64,000 nt of DNA from Paramoeba atlantica (Eukaryota; Protista; Discosea). Positions within the stretch are counted from its first letter, which is position 1. Each line of letters starts with the position of its first letter. The stretch spans positions 1-64,000 of the forward strand of contig CDRNVI010000067.1 in the NCBI GenBank assembly GCA_977017575.1. Direction: 5' to 3'. The translations under genes were made by a program, and so were the position numbers. The notes under the pieces are model-generated. The model worked only from the letters and a program-made list of their open reading frames with translations, searched no databases and had not been told where the DNA came from. Shown in pieces: positions 52,998-63,214 of this stretch.

Positions 52998-53386
52998 TCG
53001 CTTTGACGTTTTCACATTTGTTCAAGAGCCATTAGAGATAGCCATGAAAAATTAGATTCGGACTGTCAGCTAAACACTGTAAGCTTGCGAAAGTAATTTT
53101 CGCGCAATTGTACAACTGGGCTGAGGTGAAGTGTATTGTACAAGGGTAAAATGCGCATACATAATTTGCGGTAATTGTACAACTACAGTAAATGCCACTA
53201 TTCTGAGAGTCGCTAAAAATGAGAATTGGGCTGTCAACGTACAACTGGCTAAAATGAGAATGCACTTTGAAAAATGAGAATAATACAAACAAGTGTGTGT
53301 CAACGTTCACTTGTATGTCAACGTTCAATTGAATTCGACACTAAAAGCTCGGGGGGAATAAAGCTGTATAAAGCTGAATATTCATC

Positions 53387-53897
53387 GCCGCTCTACCCTC
53401 GATTATTGCGGTGGTTGTATAACTCCCGCTCTACCCTCGATTATTGAAAAAAAAGTGAACGAAAACAGTGAAAATATAAATAAGAACACAGTAATAATAG
53501 AAGAAAAATATATAAAAGGGGCTCCGGTGGTCCAAAAATTTTCAAAAAAATTCGGAATTTTCAAAAAAATAGCCGGGGTCCTGGCGCGTATTTTCCACCC
53601 CCCTACCCGGGGGTGACCCTCCCTGGTATGCGCAGGGCGGGTCCGTCAAGTTTAGATATTTTCGGAACTTTTTTGAAAAAATTTTCAACTTGACGAAAAA
53701 AATGGTAAAAAAATATTTTTCCAAAGTTGTTTCGCCTATTGTGTTTTTATAGTTTGGGACCTATTCTAGCTTTCTACGCCATTGGTTTTGCGAGGTGTCG
53801 CTTCTTGAAGCCGTGGTACGCCTCCCAATATGACCCATTTTTGACCAAAAAAAGCGAAAAAGTAATTTTCGGAACCCAAGGGGTCTTTTTGGGTCGG
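53387..53897 (-). mobile_element. 3' terminal ~510 bp of the HINE/Helitron family, directly downstream of the Helitron ORF
   Basis: Reverse complement of 13390-13947; partial duplication of the terminal motif at 53387-53404. Confidence 0.8.
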
Positions 53898-53899
53898 AA

Positions 53900-56800
53900 C
53901 GTAATCTCTTCGTATTGATTACTGCGAGCCAGTGGACGATCCTCTTTAAAATGAGCTCTGTCCACAGGTGCACTTGGCTCAGATTGAGCCGAAGTTGCAA
54001 GTCGTTCGTTTTGAATCATTTCAGCATAGCGCTTTCGCGCATTTATGACTGAAATATTGGACCTCGTCCTTGTCCTTGTCGATGCAAGATCAACATTTTC
54101 TTCAGAGGAGTTCTCAGTAGAACCTCCTAACGCGGCCGTTAAAGCTCGCGTTTGTAGTTCGCAGTATGCATTCTGCTGAACCAATCGCTCTTCATTGACC
54201 ACTGCAGTGTTCTGCTGTGCTTCAAGAGTATCTTGAAGATGAGGTTCAACCTCGCGCACTTCAAGCTCATTTTCGTACGCAATGTTCCGTGCTAATACTG
54301 CTTCTTCCAGAGTGCAAGCATCTTTGCGTCGATACAAATCTGCCGCGTTCTCTGTATTCTTCGAAGCATGTAAAAGCCGAAGAAAGTTGCACATTGTGTC
54401 ATACTTTCCAGGCGTATTTACTTTCGCTTCATTGAGAAGCTTTTCAAACCCTTCTGGGGTCATTTCATGGCTCGGTGAGCCTTTCGTCCATGGGGAAAAC
54501 AATGCCACCATGTGTTTCGCTACTCGAAGCTGGCTTCGAGCTTGTGTCCCAGGTTCTTTTGAAGAACTCAATATGGGAAAACCTGGTACAGCTGGCACAG
54601 TGTGCAAAGAGCAGGCAACTGTTGCTCAACAATATCTCCAGGCTCAAATTCCGGGAGGCCGTCAATGTCCTCAAAGGCGTATCTCCCATTAGCACGACGT
54701 CCGCGACGACGTCTTCGATTTGTCCCTGACTCAAAATCTTAATCACGATCGGGCTCTTCTTGAGCTAGCTCAGCTCTTTTCTTCTTTACGCTGACAATGC
54801 CTGCATAGGAATACAGGTCAAGGTCTTGAAGGTCTTCGCCCCTGTGCATGTAACGCACATGGAGTGGTGCAAGAACTGCACAATCATGTTCGGTGATCAT
54901 TAGAGCTCTACCATACCGTTGTCGAACTCTATATCAGAGTCTTGTGACGAATCATCGTCACTGATTTCTAGATCTCTGTGATCTGACTCACTTGAGATGT
55001 TTGCCAGGAACTTCATTACAGGTTCACATTGATCCATGTGAAGTACGGCTCATGTACTCGGAGGGTTGGCCGAGACAAAAGGCAGTTGCCATTTCGATTG
55101 AAGCTTCCGATGTGTCATATTCGACAATTCTCTTTCGATGTGTCATGTTCGACAATTTCTGTAAAAGTAAGCGTGCCATCGGAATGCCAGTTTGCACTCT
55201 GTGCTCTGAATTCAGACCCCTTCGAAGGTGGTCATTGGCTGCGCGAAGTGCTGGTACAATGTACACAGGTGGACCAATGTCCTTGCTCATATATTTTATG
55301 AGATATTGCATAATTTTTATGCCGGGGCCTTCGCTTCCAATGAAAACTACACATGTATTGCATCTTACGCAAGCAGTGAGTGTCTCATTGTACGGAACGA
55401 TGATGGATCCCCGTTTAGTGTCTTGTGTCGGGTCCTGGTTATTGCGCAGAAGCACAATCAGAGACCGTTCATCAAGTACTGACCAAATGGTATCATTTTT
55501 AATCGGCCGTGTTGGAGGCTTGAGCCAGAATTCCGGTTGTCCAGATTCATCCATCTGAACCTCAACCTCTCTAACTTCCGTTTCATTTTCATGAAGTACA
55601 GATTGTACGGATGCAATGCCATATCGGCATTTGTTCTTGTTTATATTTCCTTTCATTTTGAAACACATGGGTCTGTGACCAACGTGCTGCTGAACATCAA
55701 CAGCACATTTGGCCACATGTTCCCTTAAATAATCATCTTTTTCATCAGGAATGATATGTAGTCCTCCGCGATACATCGTCGGGCGTTGCAGGGCCGTAAA
55801 GCTCCTTACTGAACTTTGCGCCCACTCGGGCAGATCAGAGCGCATCGTCGTACCCAAAGACTTCGCGAGACCATCGTGCTCCTTCACAATGTGAATTCAT
55901 TCGAAGACGTAGTGTGGACTAAGATTCGTCCATAGCACACTATGAAAGTGTAGCGCACCTCTTTTCTGGCATTCTACGACACCAAAAAATGCTCGAGGTC
56001 GACCAAAGAGGCCTTTAAGAACGTCACGTTCCTTCTTTACCTCATCTACATTCGACATTCCATACAATTCGGTAAGAAGAGTACGGATTTGCCGTTCGAA
56101 AATGCTGGTGGATCTGACGGGATTCCCTTGCACAAGCTCAGATCGCTTGAGAAGGTTGGCCCGCATTTCCTGCATTTTTTCGCTCTCATCATTAGTGATG
56201 ATTCTTAGAGCTAGAACGTTATCGTTCATGTTTGGACTCACTGTGATCCAGTAAGTTGGCAGTCCGTATCGCCTGCATAAGGCGTAGATCTGACCTTGTG
56301 ATGCCTTTCGCTTTGCTGGCGAAAAGGGTATCGTTTTTGCGCATATTTGCACAAATGGCAGAAACTTTGTTTCCAGAAGTTTCGCCTCGGAACTGTTTGG
56401 GTTCCTTATAGCCTGTTGTACAATGTGATAGAAAGCATCAGCATTGCAAAAATTAACGAGGCTTCTGTGCATATCTTTGTTATACTTCAGATTTTGCACT
56501 ACCGCTGATGAGACTGCACGGCGCCGAAGCACATCGTAGCAGTAAAATATGAATCCAGCATTCTTTGCAAATCGGGAATCCGATTGCTCTAGAATTGTCT
56601 TGATTTCATATGGTTCAAACGTAGAACCCTTAAAAGGGTACTTTTGCATCAGAGTCGGAAATGCTCCGAGCAAGATGTTTCCATGTCGATATACTCATTG
56701 AGTAAACCTTCTTTTTGTTTCAGTTGCATCGCCACGGCGTGCGTAATTTGCGCACCCGCCGGCGCATTGCTTACAGGGCAGTGATCGGTTACAAAAGCTC

Positions 56801-57137
56801 GTGTGATCTCACCGCGAGGATCGCGATGTGACGTATCGGAAGCCACTGCTTGGGTGACCATACTGTTGATGGCGTTTTCACCCTCCTGGGAAACGGATCT
56901 ATCCCAAAGATGTGAGACAACGTCTCTACAATGTTGCTCGGTAACAACGTTGATTTTTCCTTCCTCTTTCAGTTGAGCATACACTTGGTTATGCTCACAG
57001 AGGAAGTCTACCCAGGTGTTCAGAGTCTCTGATTTCACCCCGAATATGCCACTCAGATGTGCAGAACATAGTCTTTGACTACGTTTTGTTCGCCGTTCGT
57101 TGGCTATCCAAACAATTTGGATGTGCTTAATCGCCCT
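53900..57137 (-). pseudogene. Degenerate Helitron Rep (HUH endonuclease) ORF; helicase absent
   Basis: WVDFLCEHNQVY and LLNEY..GAFPTL, VLRRRAV, PTYWITVSPN (motif 1), FFGVVECQKRGALHFHSVLW (motif 2), YLIKYMSK (motif 3), YMHRGEDLQDLDLY, MVALFSPW. Several frameshifts. Confidence 0.88.
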
Positions 57138-57760
57138 ATCTGGGGATTTTGGGGGAAAGTCCAAAACAACGACTTCGTTTTCTTTAAAGGTTCTAAAACT
57201 GCCATTGTGGCAAGGAGCATTATCCGTAGCAACCCGGGCCCCGCTATGACGCTTTAAGAAACTTAAAAAACCCCCTCTTTTTGTCATCGCGCATTTAAAA
57301 ACATCTGAAGTGATGGTAATTTTCCCATTACTGTCCCTGTTTGGAAAAACATGATAAAAAATTCCATAAATAAAGCTTATACCCATCCAAACGTTCACTC
57401 CATCCCCCCCAAACCACTTGTGCGAAGCTTTTAGAGGTGGTTTCGGGGGGTCACTTGCTCTGCAAATGTACGAGCGGCTTTCCTGTCCAAGCTGGCAAGT
57501 GAATTTTTTTTCGTCACACCAAATTATGTGACGAAGCTGTGCGACAGACCACTTCTGCATTTTCAATGCAAAGGTTAGTCGCTTGGCCTTATGAGATTCA
57601 GTTAAAAAAAGGCCTTTCGAAAAAGAACGTTGGATTATCCCTGCGTCCTTCAAAAAATATACTACAGTTGGCCTGCTGCAGGTGAAACCTCGTTTCCTGA
57701 CCTCTCGAAGTATAAAATTCCAGGAGGGACAACCGCGTGTGCTTGACGTGTTGGCCGTGT
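57138..57760 (-). pseudogene. Tc1-like transposase fragment (HTH to SPD), in frame with the Helitron ORF
   Basis: CSRPTVVYFLKDAG, HKAKRLTFA, IIWCDEKKF, VWMGIS, TDNAPCH, DFPPKSPD. Stops just before the LNPIE glutamate. Confidence 0.85.
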
Positions 57761-57769
57761 CAATAATCT

Positions 57770-58175
57770 TGTCCCACTGATAATGCATATTGTCCCACTG
57801 ATAATGCATAAAAACTCGCACCCTTATAACGCATAAAACTCGCACCCTTATAATGCATATTTTTTGCGAGCCCCTCAAAAAAAAAGTGACCGCCCCTCGA
57901 AAAAAAATCGACCCCATGAAAAAAAAGTGGAGGGGGGGAAATAAGTTAAAAAGAAAAAAAGTGGAGGGGAGAAACAAGTTAAAGAGCGCTAGTATTTCAT
58001 TCCTGCTCCCGGTGAGGCCCCGGAGTTGCGAGAGGCCTGCATATCCCACAACTACCACCTTCCCCCCCTATTTAGCCGGGGTCGCGCGAGCGACCCCTGA
58101 TAAATGGGGGGAAGGTGGTAGTTGTTTTGGGGAATATGAGAGGCCGAACGCACGGAGGGGCCGGCCGGGCCACTG
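57770..58175. repeat. Minisatellites plus ~35-bp-stem hairpin repeat
   Basis: cccactgataatgcat x2, aaaactcgcacccttata x2; hairpin caactaccaccttccccc...ggggggaaggtggtagttg at 58049-58125. Confidence 0.75.
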
Positions 58176-58182
58176 AGTCTGA

Positions 58183-58530
58183 CGTTAGTGGGAAGCAATT
58201 TGCGAAGCTCAACTTTTCCATCATACCCGACCCCTAGAAAAGCCAAGACTTTGTTTACCCGTCTGCGAGACACAAATGTGTGTCGTTAGTGGGAAGCAAT
58301 TTGCGAAGCCCAACCTTTCCATCATACCCAACCCCTAGAAAAGCCAAGACCTTGTTTACGCGTCTGCAAGACAAAAATGTGTGTCGTTAGTGGGAAGCAA
58401 TTTGCGTAGCCCAATTTTTCCATCATACCCAATCCCTTACAAAGCCAAGACGACTGAAGCCCAACTTTTCTGACTGAGCCCAACTTTTCCACCATACCCA
58501 ACCCGTAATAAAGCCAAGACCTTTTGAAGC
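58183..58530. repeat. 101-bp tandem repeat, 3 copies plus decayed units
   Basis: cgttagtgggaagcaatttgcg at 58183, 58284 and 58385. Inverted relative at 63088-63195. Confidence 0.9.
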
Positions 58531-58677
58531 CCATATACGTAAAGAAAACGACATTCAATGCAAGAACGCACACGAAATGCAAATATCCAATACAAACAAG
58601 GCCGCACAGTTTCATAGGAAATTAGTGTTTTATGACACAATATTTGAAGTAAGAAGCCCACGCACACGAAAAGAGAT

Positions 58678-59200
58678 TTAAGATTCCTGCGAGCTGTCCA
58701 AGAGAATTTGCGGTCGAATTTTCCGTAAGTTTTGCACAAACTCAGATGGGGACTGGTCTTGGAGCACCACTTTCGGTCGAGCATTGATATTGCTGGATAC
58801 GGAATCAAGGTCTGCTTGGGATATATTACTGAAAGGATGAGACTTTGGGTAGAAATCTCTGACGACGCCATTGAAATTTTCGACACCACCCTTTTCCCAG
58901 CTCGCGTACCGTTTACAAAAGTACGACGAGCAATTAAGGGAACGATTTACGCTCTCGTGCTTCGCGAATTGCGTTCCATTATCATATGTGAGTGTCCGTA
59001 CCAAAAAGCCTTGAAGGGCGCTGGTGATAGTCTCTGCTACAAGAGTCGATTTCTTGCATGATATCTTTTTCAGGATCCCGAAACAACTTTTGCGCTCAAC
59101 CAGGGTAAGAAAGTATCCACTGTGGCGTGTACCTTCTATTAGATCACACTCCCAATCACTGTATCGTTCCCGATGTTAACAATGCTGGGAGATAACGATG
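58678..59200 (-). pseudogene. IS30-family transposase catalytic fragment (DD33E)
   Basis: RERYSDWECDLIEG...FLTLVERKS...TLTYDNGTQFAKH...YFCKRYASWEKGGVENFNGVVRDFYPK...NARPKVVL..SP; 33 residues counted D to E. N-terminus lost. Confidence 0.85.
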
Positions 59201-59220
59201 CTGACAGATAAGGGTGCGAG

Positions 59221-59447
59221 TGGGCCCCCCTGGACCCCCCCCATGGACCCCCCATTTTTTTCAATTTTTTTTTCAGTTTTGGTCCACCGGAGCCCCCTTT
59301 TATATTTTTTTCTTCTATTATATTACTCTGTTCCTCTTTTTATTTTCACTGTTTTTGTTCACTTTTTTTTCAATAATCGAGTGTAGAGCGGTAGTTTTAC
59401 AACCACCGCAATCGAGTGTAGAGCGGTAGTTTTACAACCACCGCAAT
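59221..59447 (+). mobile_element. HINE-like 3' end with tandemly duplicated terminal hairpin
   Basis: atcgagtgtagagcggtagttttacaaccaccgcaat present twice in tandem (~59377-59447). Confidence 0.8.
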
Positions 59448-59868
59448 TATCCGGTTACATTATGCATTATCAGGTACATTATCGGGTTACATTATGCGTT
59501 ATCAGGTTACATTATACATTATCAGGTTACATTATGCATTATAAGGGTGCGAGTTTTATGCGTTATAAGGGTGCGTGTGCCAGGAAAAACACCTCCCCGT
59601 TCTCTTTTTTTTTCATGCATTTTTGGGTAACTTGTACATTTTATGGCTACTTTCGAAAACCCAGTTTTCGCGTACAATTTGTGGTAACTTGTACAATTTA
59701 TGGTAACTTTCCCCCCCTTTTTTATCAACTTTATATTTTTTTTGGAGATGGAAGTGGTGGAAGCAACGCATTTTCGTTCAACAAACGTAATGCGCATTGC
59801 GAGCGTCGTACGCTCCGAGTTGAGGTAACTCAGCCTGTGGTTCCCCACGGTGGAAGTCAACGAATATT

Positions 59869-59965
59869 GCATAAGTAAAGGAATAATGCATAAGTAAAGG
59901 AATAATGCATAAGTAAAGGAATAATGCATAAGTAAAGGAATAATGCATAAGTAAAGGAATATTGC
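59869..59965. repeat. 19-bp minisatellite GCATAAGTAAAGGAATAAT x5
   Basis: Period 19. Further arrays at 60527-60578(-) and 62685-62740. Confidence 0.9.
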
Positions 59966-60619
59966 TTTTTTGCTTTATTGGATGTCGCAAAGTGATGTAA
60001 ACTGGAGCTGTGAAGGCTGTGATCATTTCGAATGCGTTAACAATATATCATGTAGTTGTGGGGTATGGAGGCCTCTCGCAACTCCGGGGCCTCACCGGGA
60101 AATCATCACTTTGATATAAGGGGTGACCCTCCAAAAGTGGCCTAAAACGGGCCAAAATGAGCATTTCTCGAGAAAATCGCCCAAAATGACCGTTATTCGC
60201 TGTTTTGGCGGACCTACTCTCTATATGAAAAGTCTTACTTGTATGTAAAACTAGTGCATAGTGACAGATTTAGAACCCAACTAGCCCGTATATATATTTA
60301 CTTTGATTTTACAATCGGTAACCAGGCATAGTATACCCGACCATTTTCCAAAAAGATTTTTTTTGGAACAAATGTCTCGTCTCTAGTCTGGCCAAACTTT
60401 GTTCATAAACTTGAAAAAGACAGGGTTCTTAGGTAGTATAAGTGTAGATCTCCACATGGCTTCTATTTATTTTTCAGAATCAGAGATCTCATATAAGGGG
60501 GTCGGGGGTCAAAATTTCACTTCTGCATTATTCCTTTACTTATGCATTATTCCTTTACTTATGCAATATTCCTTTACTTTGACCGTTCCCCACCATGGGT
60601 ATAAAAGGGTACTGTCAAT

Positions 60620-61230
60620 AAAAACTGTCAACAAAAATATGGCTACTCATGCCAACTTATGCCAATTCATGCCAACCAAGACTTGCACAGGCTCCTTTGA
60701 ATGAGGCAGTATCAGCCTATTAGTGCGACTGTCATAAAACCCCCCATCCGCAAGAGCGCGAAGATTGCATTTCGACAAAAAACTGAGGACCCCGCTGTGA
60801 TCTTGAATAACTGCATCCGAAGATGCTCCACAATACAAAGTGTCAGATGTGAAGCAAACAAATCCTGACATTGTACACGCCACGAGAGCCTTAACTACGT
60901 GCGTAGCGTACTTTGGCTGGTAACAACGAGGTAAACTATCAACAAAAAGAGGGACAGTGTCCAAAGCCACTGTAACATCTTTATCCCAGAAAGGAAATGC
61001 AGTGTTAGCTTCGTGAAAAAGAATATCAGAGTCAAGGGACAACCAAGATTCTTTCATATTCTGATACATTTTCTTGAAAAAAGCCGGTATTTTGTCGACA
61101 CAAGAGCGTTCAGACCATCCTGGGCCAAATTTTAACAGCAAGTTCAGAGGTGATGTCGTAACTACCCCCGCATCGTAAAAAAAGAAAGCTGGTAAAAATT
61201 TCCTCAAAAGGGTAAAAATGCCTTAGCACG
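60620..61230 (-). pseudogene. ISL2EU/Harbinger-like transposase remnant, copy 2
   Basis: Near identical to 45780-46440. Retains the first catalytic D (ALDTV); small deletion at ~61140. Confidence 0.7.
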
Positions 61231-61408
61231 GCAAGAACTCGGGGGCAAATCTCTCGTTTGCCGCTGGAATTAGGTCAAACCGACGAGCGACCGAAAAATA
61301 AAGGGCGGGGGCTTAGAGCTGAACGATAGTGTATATCCGCCCCCCCTTTACAATCAGCCGCTGATTCAATTGCAGGCAGTAAACGGCCGTGTAATGCTTG
61401 CCCGAAAA

Positions 61409-61491
61409 TGACAAGAGAGGGGTTCGAACCCTCGCCCACAGGGTGGAAGAGATCTTGAGTCTCCCGCCTTAGACCACTCGGCCATCTTGCC
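61409..61491 (-). tRNA. tRNA-Leu(CAA)
   Basis: GGCAAGA/TCTTGTC acceptor stem, GGAGA-CT CAA GA-TCTCT anticodon arm, long variable arm, GGTTCGAACC T-loop. Confidence 0.95.
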
Positions 61492-61583
61492 TGACTGCAG
61501 TATGTTCGAATGAGATGCGTACCCGGGAGAGATACGTAGAGATGTAACTGGGTAAAACAAACGTACTGCGCACCCGGTTCAGG

Positions 61584-61655
61584 GCCACGTTAGCACAGTG
61601 GCAGTGCACCAGTCTCGTAAACTGGGGGTCGCGAGTTCGATTCTCGCACGTGGCT
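61584..61655 (+). tRNA. tRNA-Thr(CGT)
   Basis: GCCACGT/ACGTGGC acceptor stem, CCAGT-CT CGT AA-ACTGG, GTTCGATTC, T-run terminator. Confidence 0.95.
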
Positions 61656-61678
61656 TTTTTAGACCGTGCGAGCGAAAA

Positions 61679-61749
61679 TGCGTTGGCCGGGAATCGAACC
61701 CGGGTCAATACCTTGGGAGGGTACCATGTTGCCACTGCACCACCAACGC
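61679..61749 (-). tRNA. tRNA-Gly(CCC)
   Basis: GCGTTGG/CCAACGC acceptor stem, GTACC-CT CCC AA-GGTAT, GGTTCGATTCC. Confidence 0.95.
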
Positions 61750-61835
61750 TTCCCTGGAGAGTATGACACGTTGCTGTGGGATGGAAATTTTACGTAACTT
61801 CTTACGTTAGCAAGGCTGCACCAGACACCTCCTAG

Positions 61836-61907
61836 GCCTGTTTAGCACAGTGGTAGTGCGTCGCTCTTGTAAAGCGAAGGTCACGAGTTCAATCCTCGTA
61901 GTAGGCT
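61836..61907 (+). tRNA. tRNA-Thr(TGT)
   Basis: GCCTGTT/AGTAGGC acceptor stem (two G-U pairs), TCGCT-CT TGT AA-AGCGA, GTTCAATCC, T-run. Confidence 0.92.
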
Positions 61908-62249
61908 TTTTTGCAACGTAGCACTTGCAGACATTTTTGATGGAGCCTCATTTAATTCCCTGTTCGAAAATCCAGTTTTGATAAGTGAGGGGCTGCGGGT
62001 GCTGTTTCAACTCGGTTTCGGGCGGTCTGAGCACGGTTTTGCGCGGTTTCAAAGAGACTCGAAGGACCTTTTTCGATCGAGGTGGGATGATGCATGTAGC
62101 AACTGGATATTTTTTCCATAAGAGCCTCGTTGCTCTCTATTTAGGGCATTATGTACTGTTCGAATAGTTTTAGTCTCGATGTTGTGATAGTTTGGATAGG
62201 GACTCCCTAGTGCTCATATGATGACACGAAAAACAGCCAAAACCAGATT

Positions 62250-62440
62250 TTTGATAAATACGAACCTTGAAAGGAAGTCTAAAACCATGTGTTTTGGACC
62301 CAGGGGGTACCAGGGGGCCCCTACAAAAAAAGGGCAGCAAAGCGCTTCAGAAGAGAAACGAGATCTATCCAATGCTGCGAAAATGAGAAAAAAACAGACA
62401 AAAAAACTCAAAATTCCGCAGGGAGAGAAGATATCTTGAA
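62250..62440. repeat. Diverged subterminal fragment of the 22887-23833 Tc1-like family
   Basis: ccagggggcccctacaaaaaaagggcagcaaagcgcttc...gagatctatccaatgctgc, compared with 23697-23770. Confidence 0.65.
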
Positions 62441-62479
62441 ACCACTGTATTAGAAACAGTCGATTTCTGGACGTTTTTG

Positions 62480-63075
62480 CTCTCAGAGCACCAAATCCGA
62501 TATTTGCGTGTGCGAAATCACTCGTACGCATGAATTCAACGCCACAGAGCGTAACGGGTAGAGAATGCAGCTCCAACCACACCATTCTTCCGACACAAAA
62601 AGACCCCTTTGGGTACCAAAATTACTATTTCGCATTTTTTGGTCAATTTGGGGAGGGCGAAAATAGCGGTGGAAGTCAACGAATATTGAATAAGTAAAGG
62701 AATATTGCATAAGTAAAGGAATAATACATAAGTAAAGGAATCTTTTTTATGCTCTTCGTTAAACGCAGTGGTTGTTTTCAACTTAGAAGTCACTCATGCT
62801 GCGCGCTTTGCGTTGAAAACTACCGCCGCTTTTAACGAAGAGTATAAAAAAGATTCCTTTACTTATGCAAAATTTAGCCTGGAAAACGGAAAGATTATGG
62901 CCAAAAATAGCCGATTTTCGGGTAAAAAAGGGGTGATTTTCGCGTATGTTTGCTGTCAGAGCACTAAATCCGACATTTGCGCGTGGGAAATCACTCGTAG
63001 GGATGAATGGAAGCCTACCGAACGTATTGGGTAGAGAATGCGACTCCAACCACACCATTCTTTCGTCACAAAAAT
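62480..63075 (+). mobile_element. Rearranged partial HINE-like copies with extended 5' palindrome
   Basis: Internal segment at 62480-62660, 19-bp minisatellite, palindrome 62722-62868, then 5' body to ~63075. Confidence 0.7.
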
Positions 63076-63214
63076 GCCCCTTTTAACTAACGACACACAT
63101 TTTTATCATGCAGACGGGTAAACAAGGTCATCTCTCTGCTAGGGGTTGGGCATGGTGGAATTGTTGGGCTTCGCAAATTGCTTCCCACTAACGACACGGC
63201 GCCCGCACATTGAT

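Noticed and set aside
14326-60000. Fanzor/TnpB cargo within the Tc1, Helitron or Harbinger elements
   Set aside because: No RuvC motifs with a zinc ribbon in the expected order in any ORF inspected.
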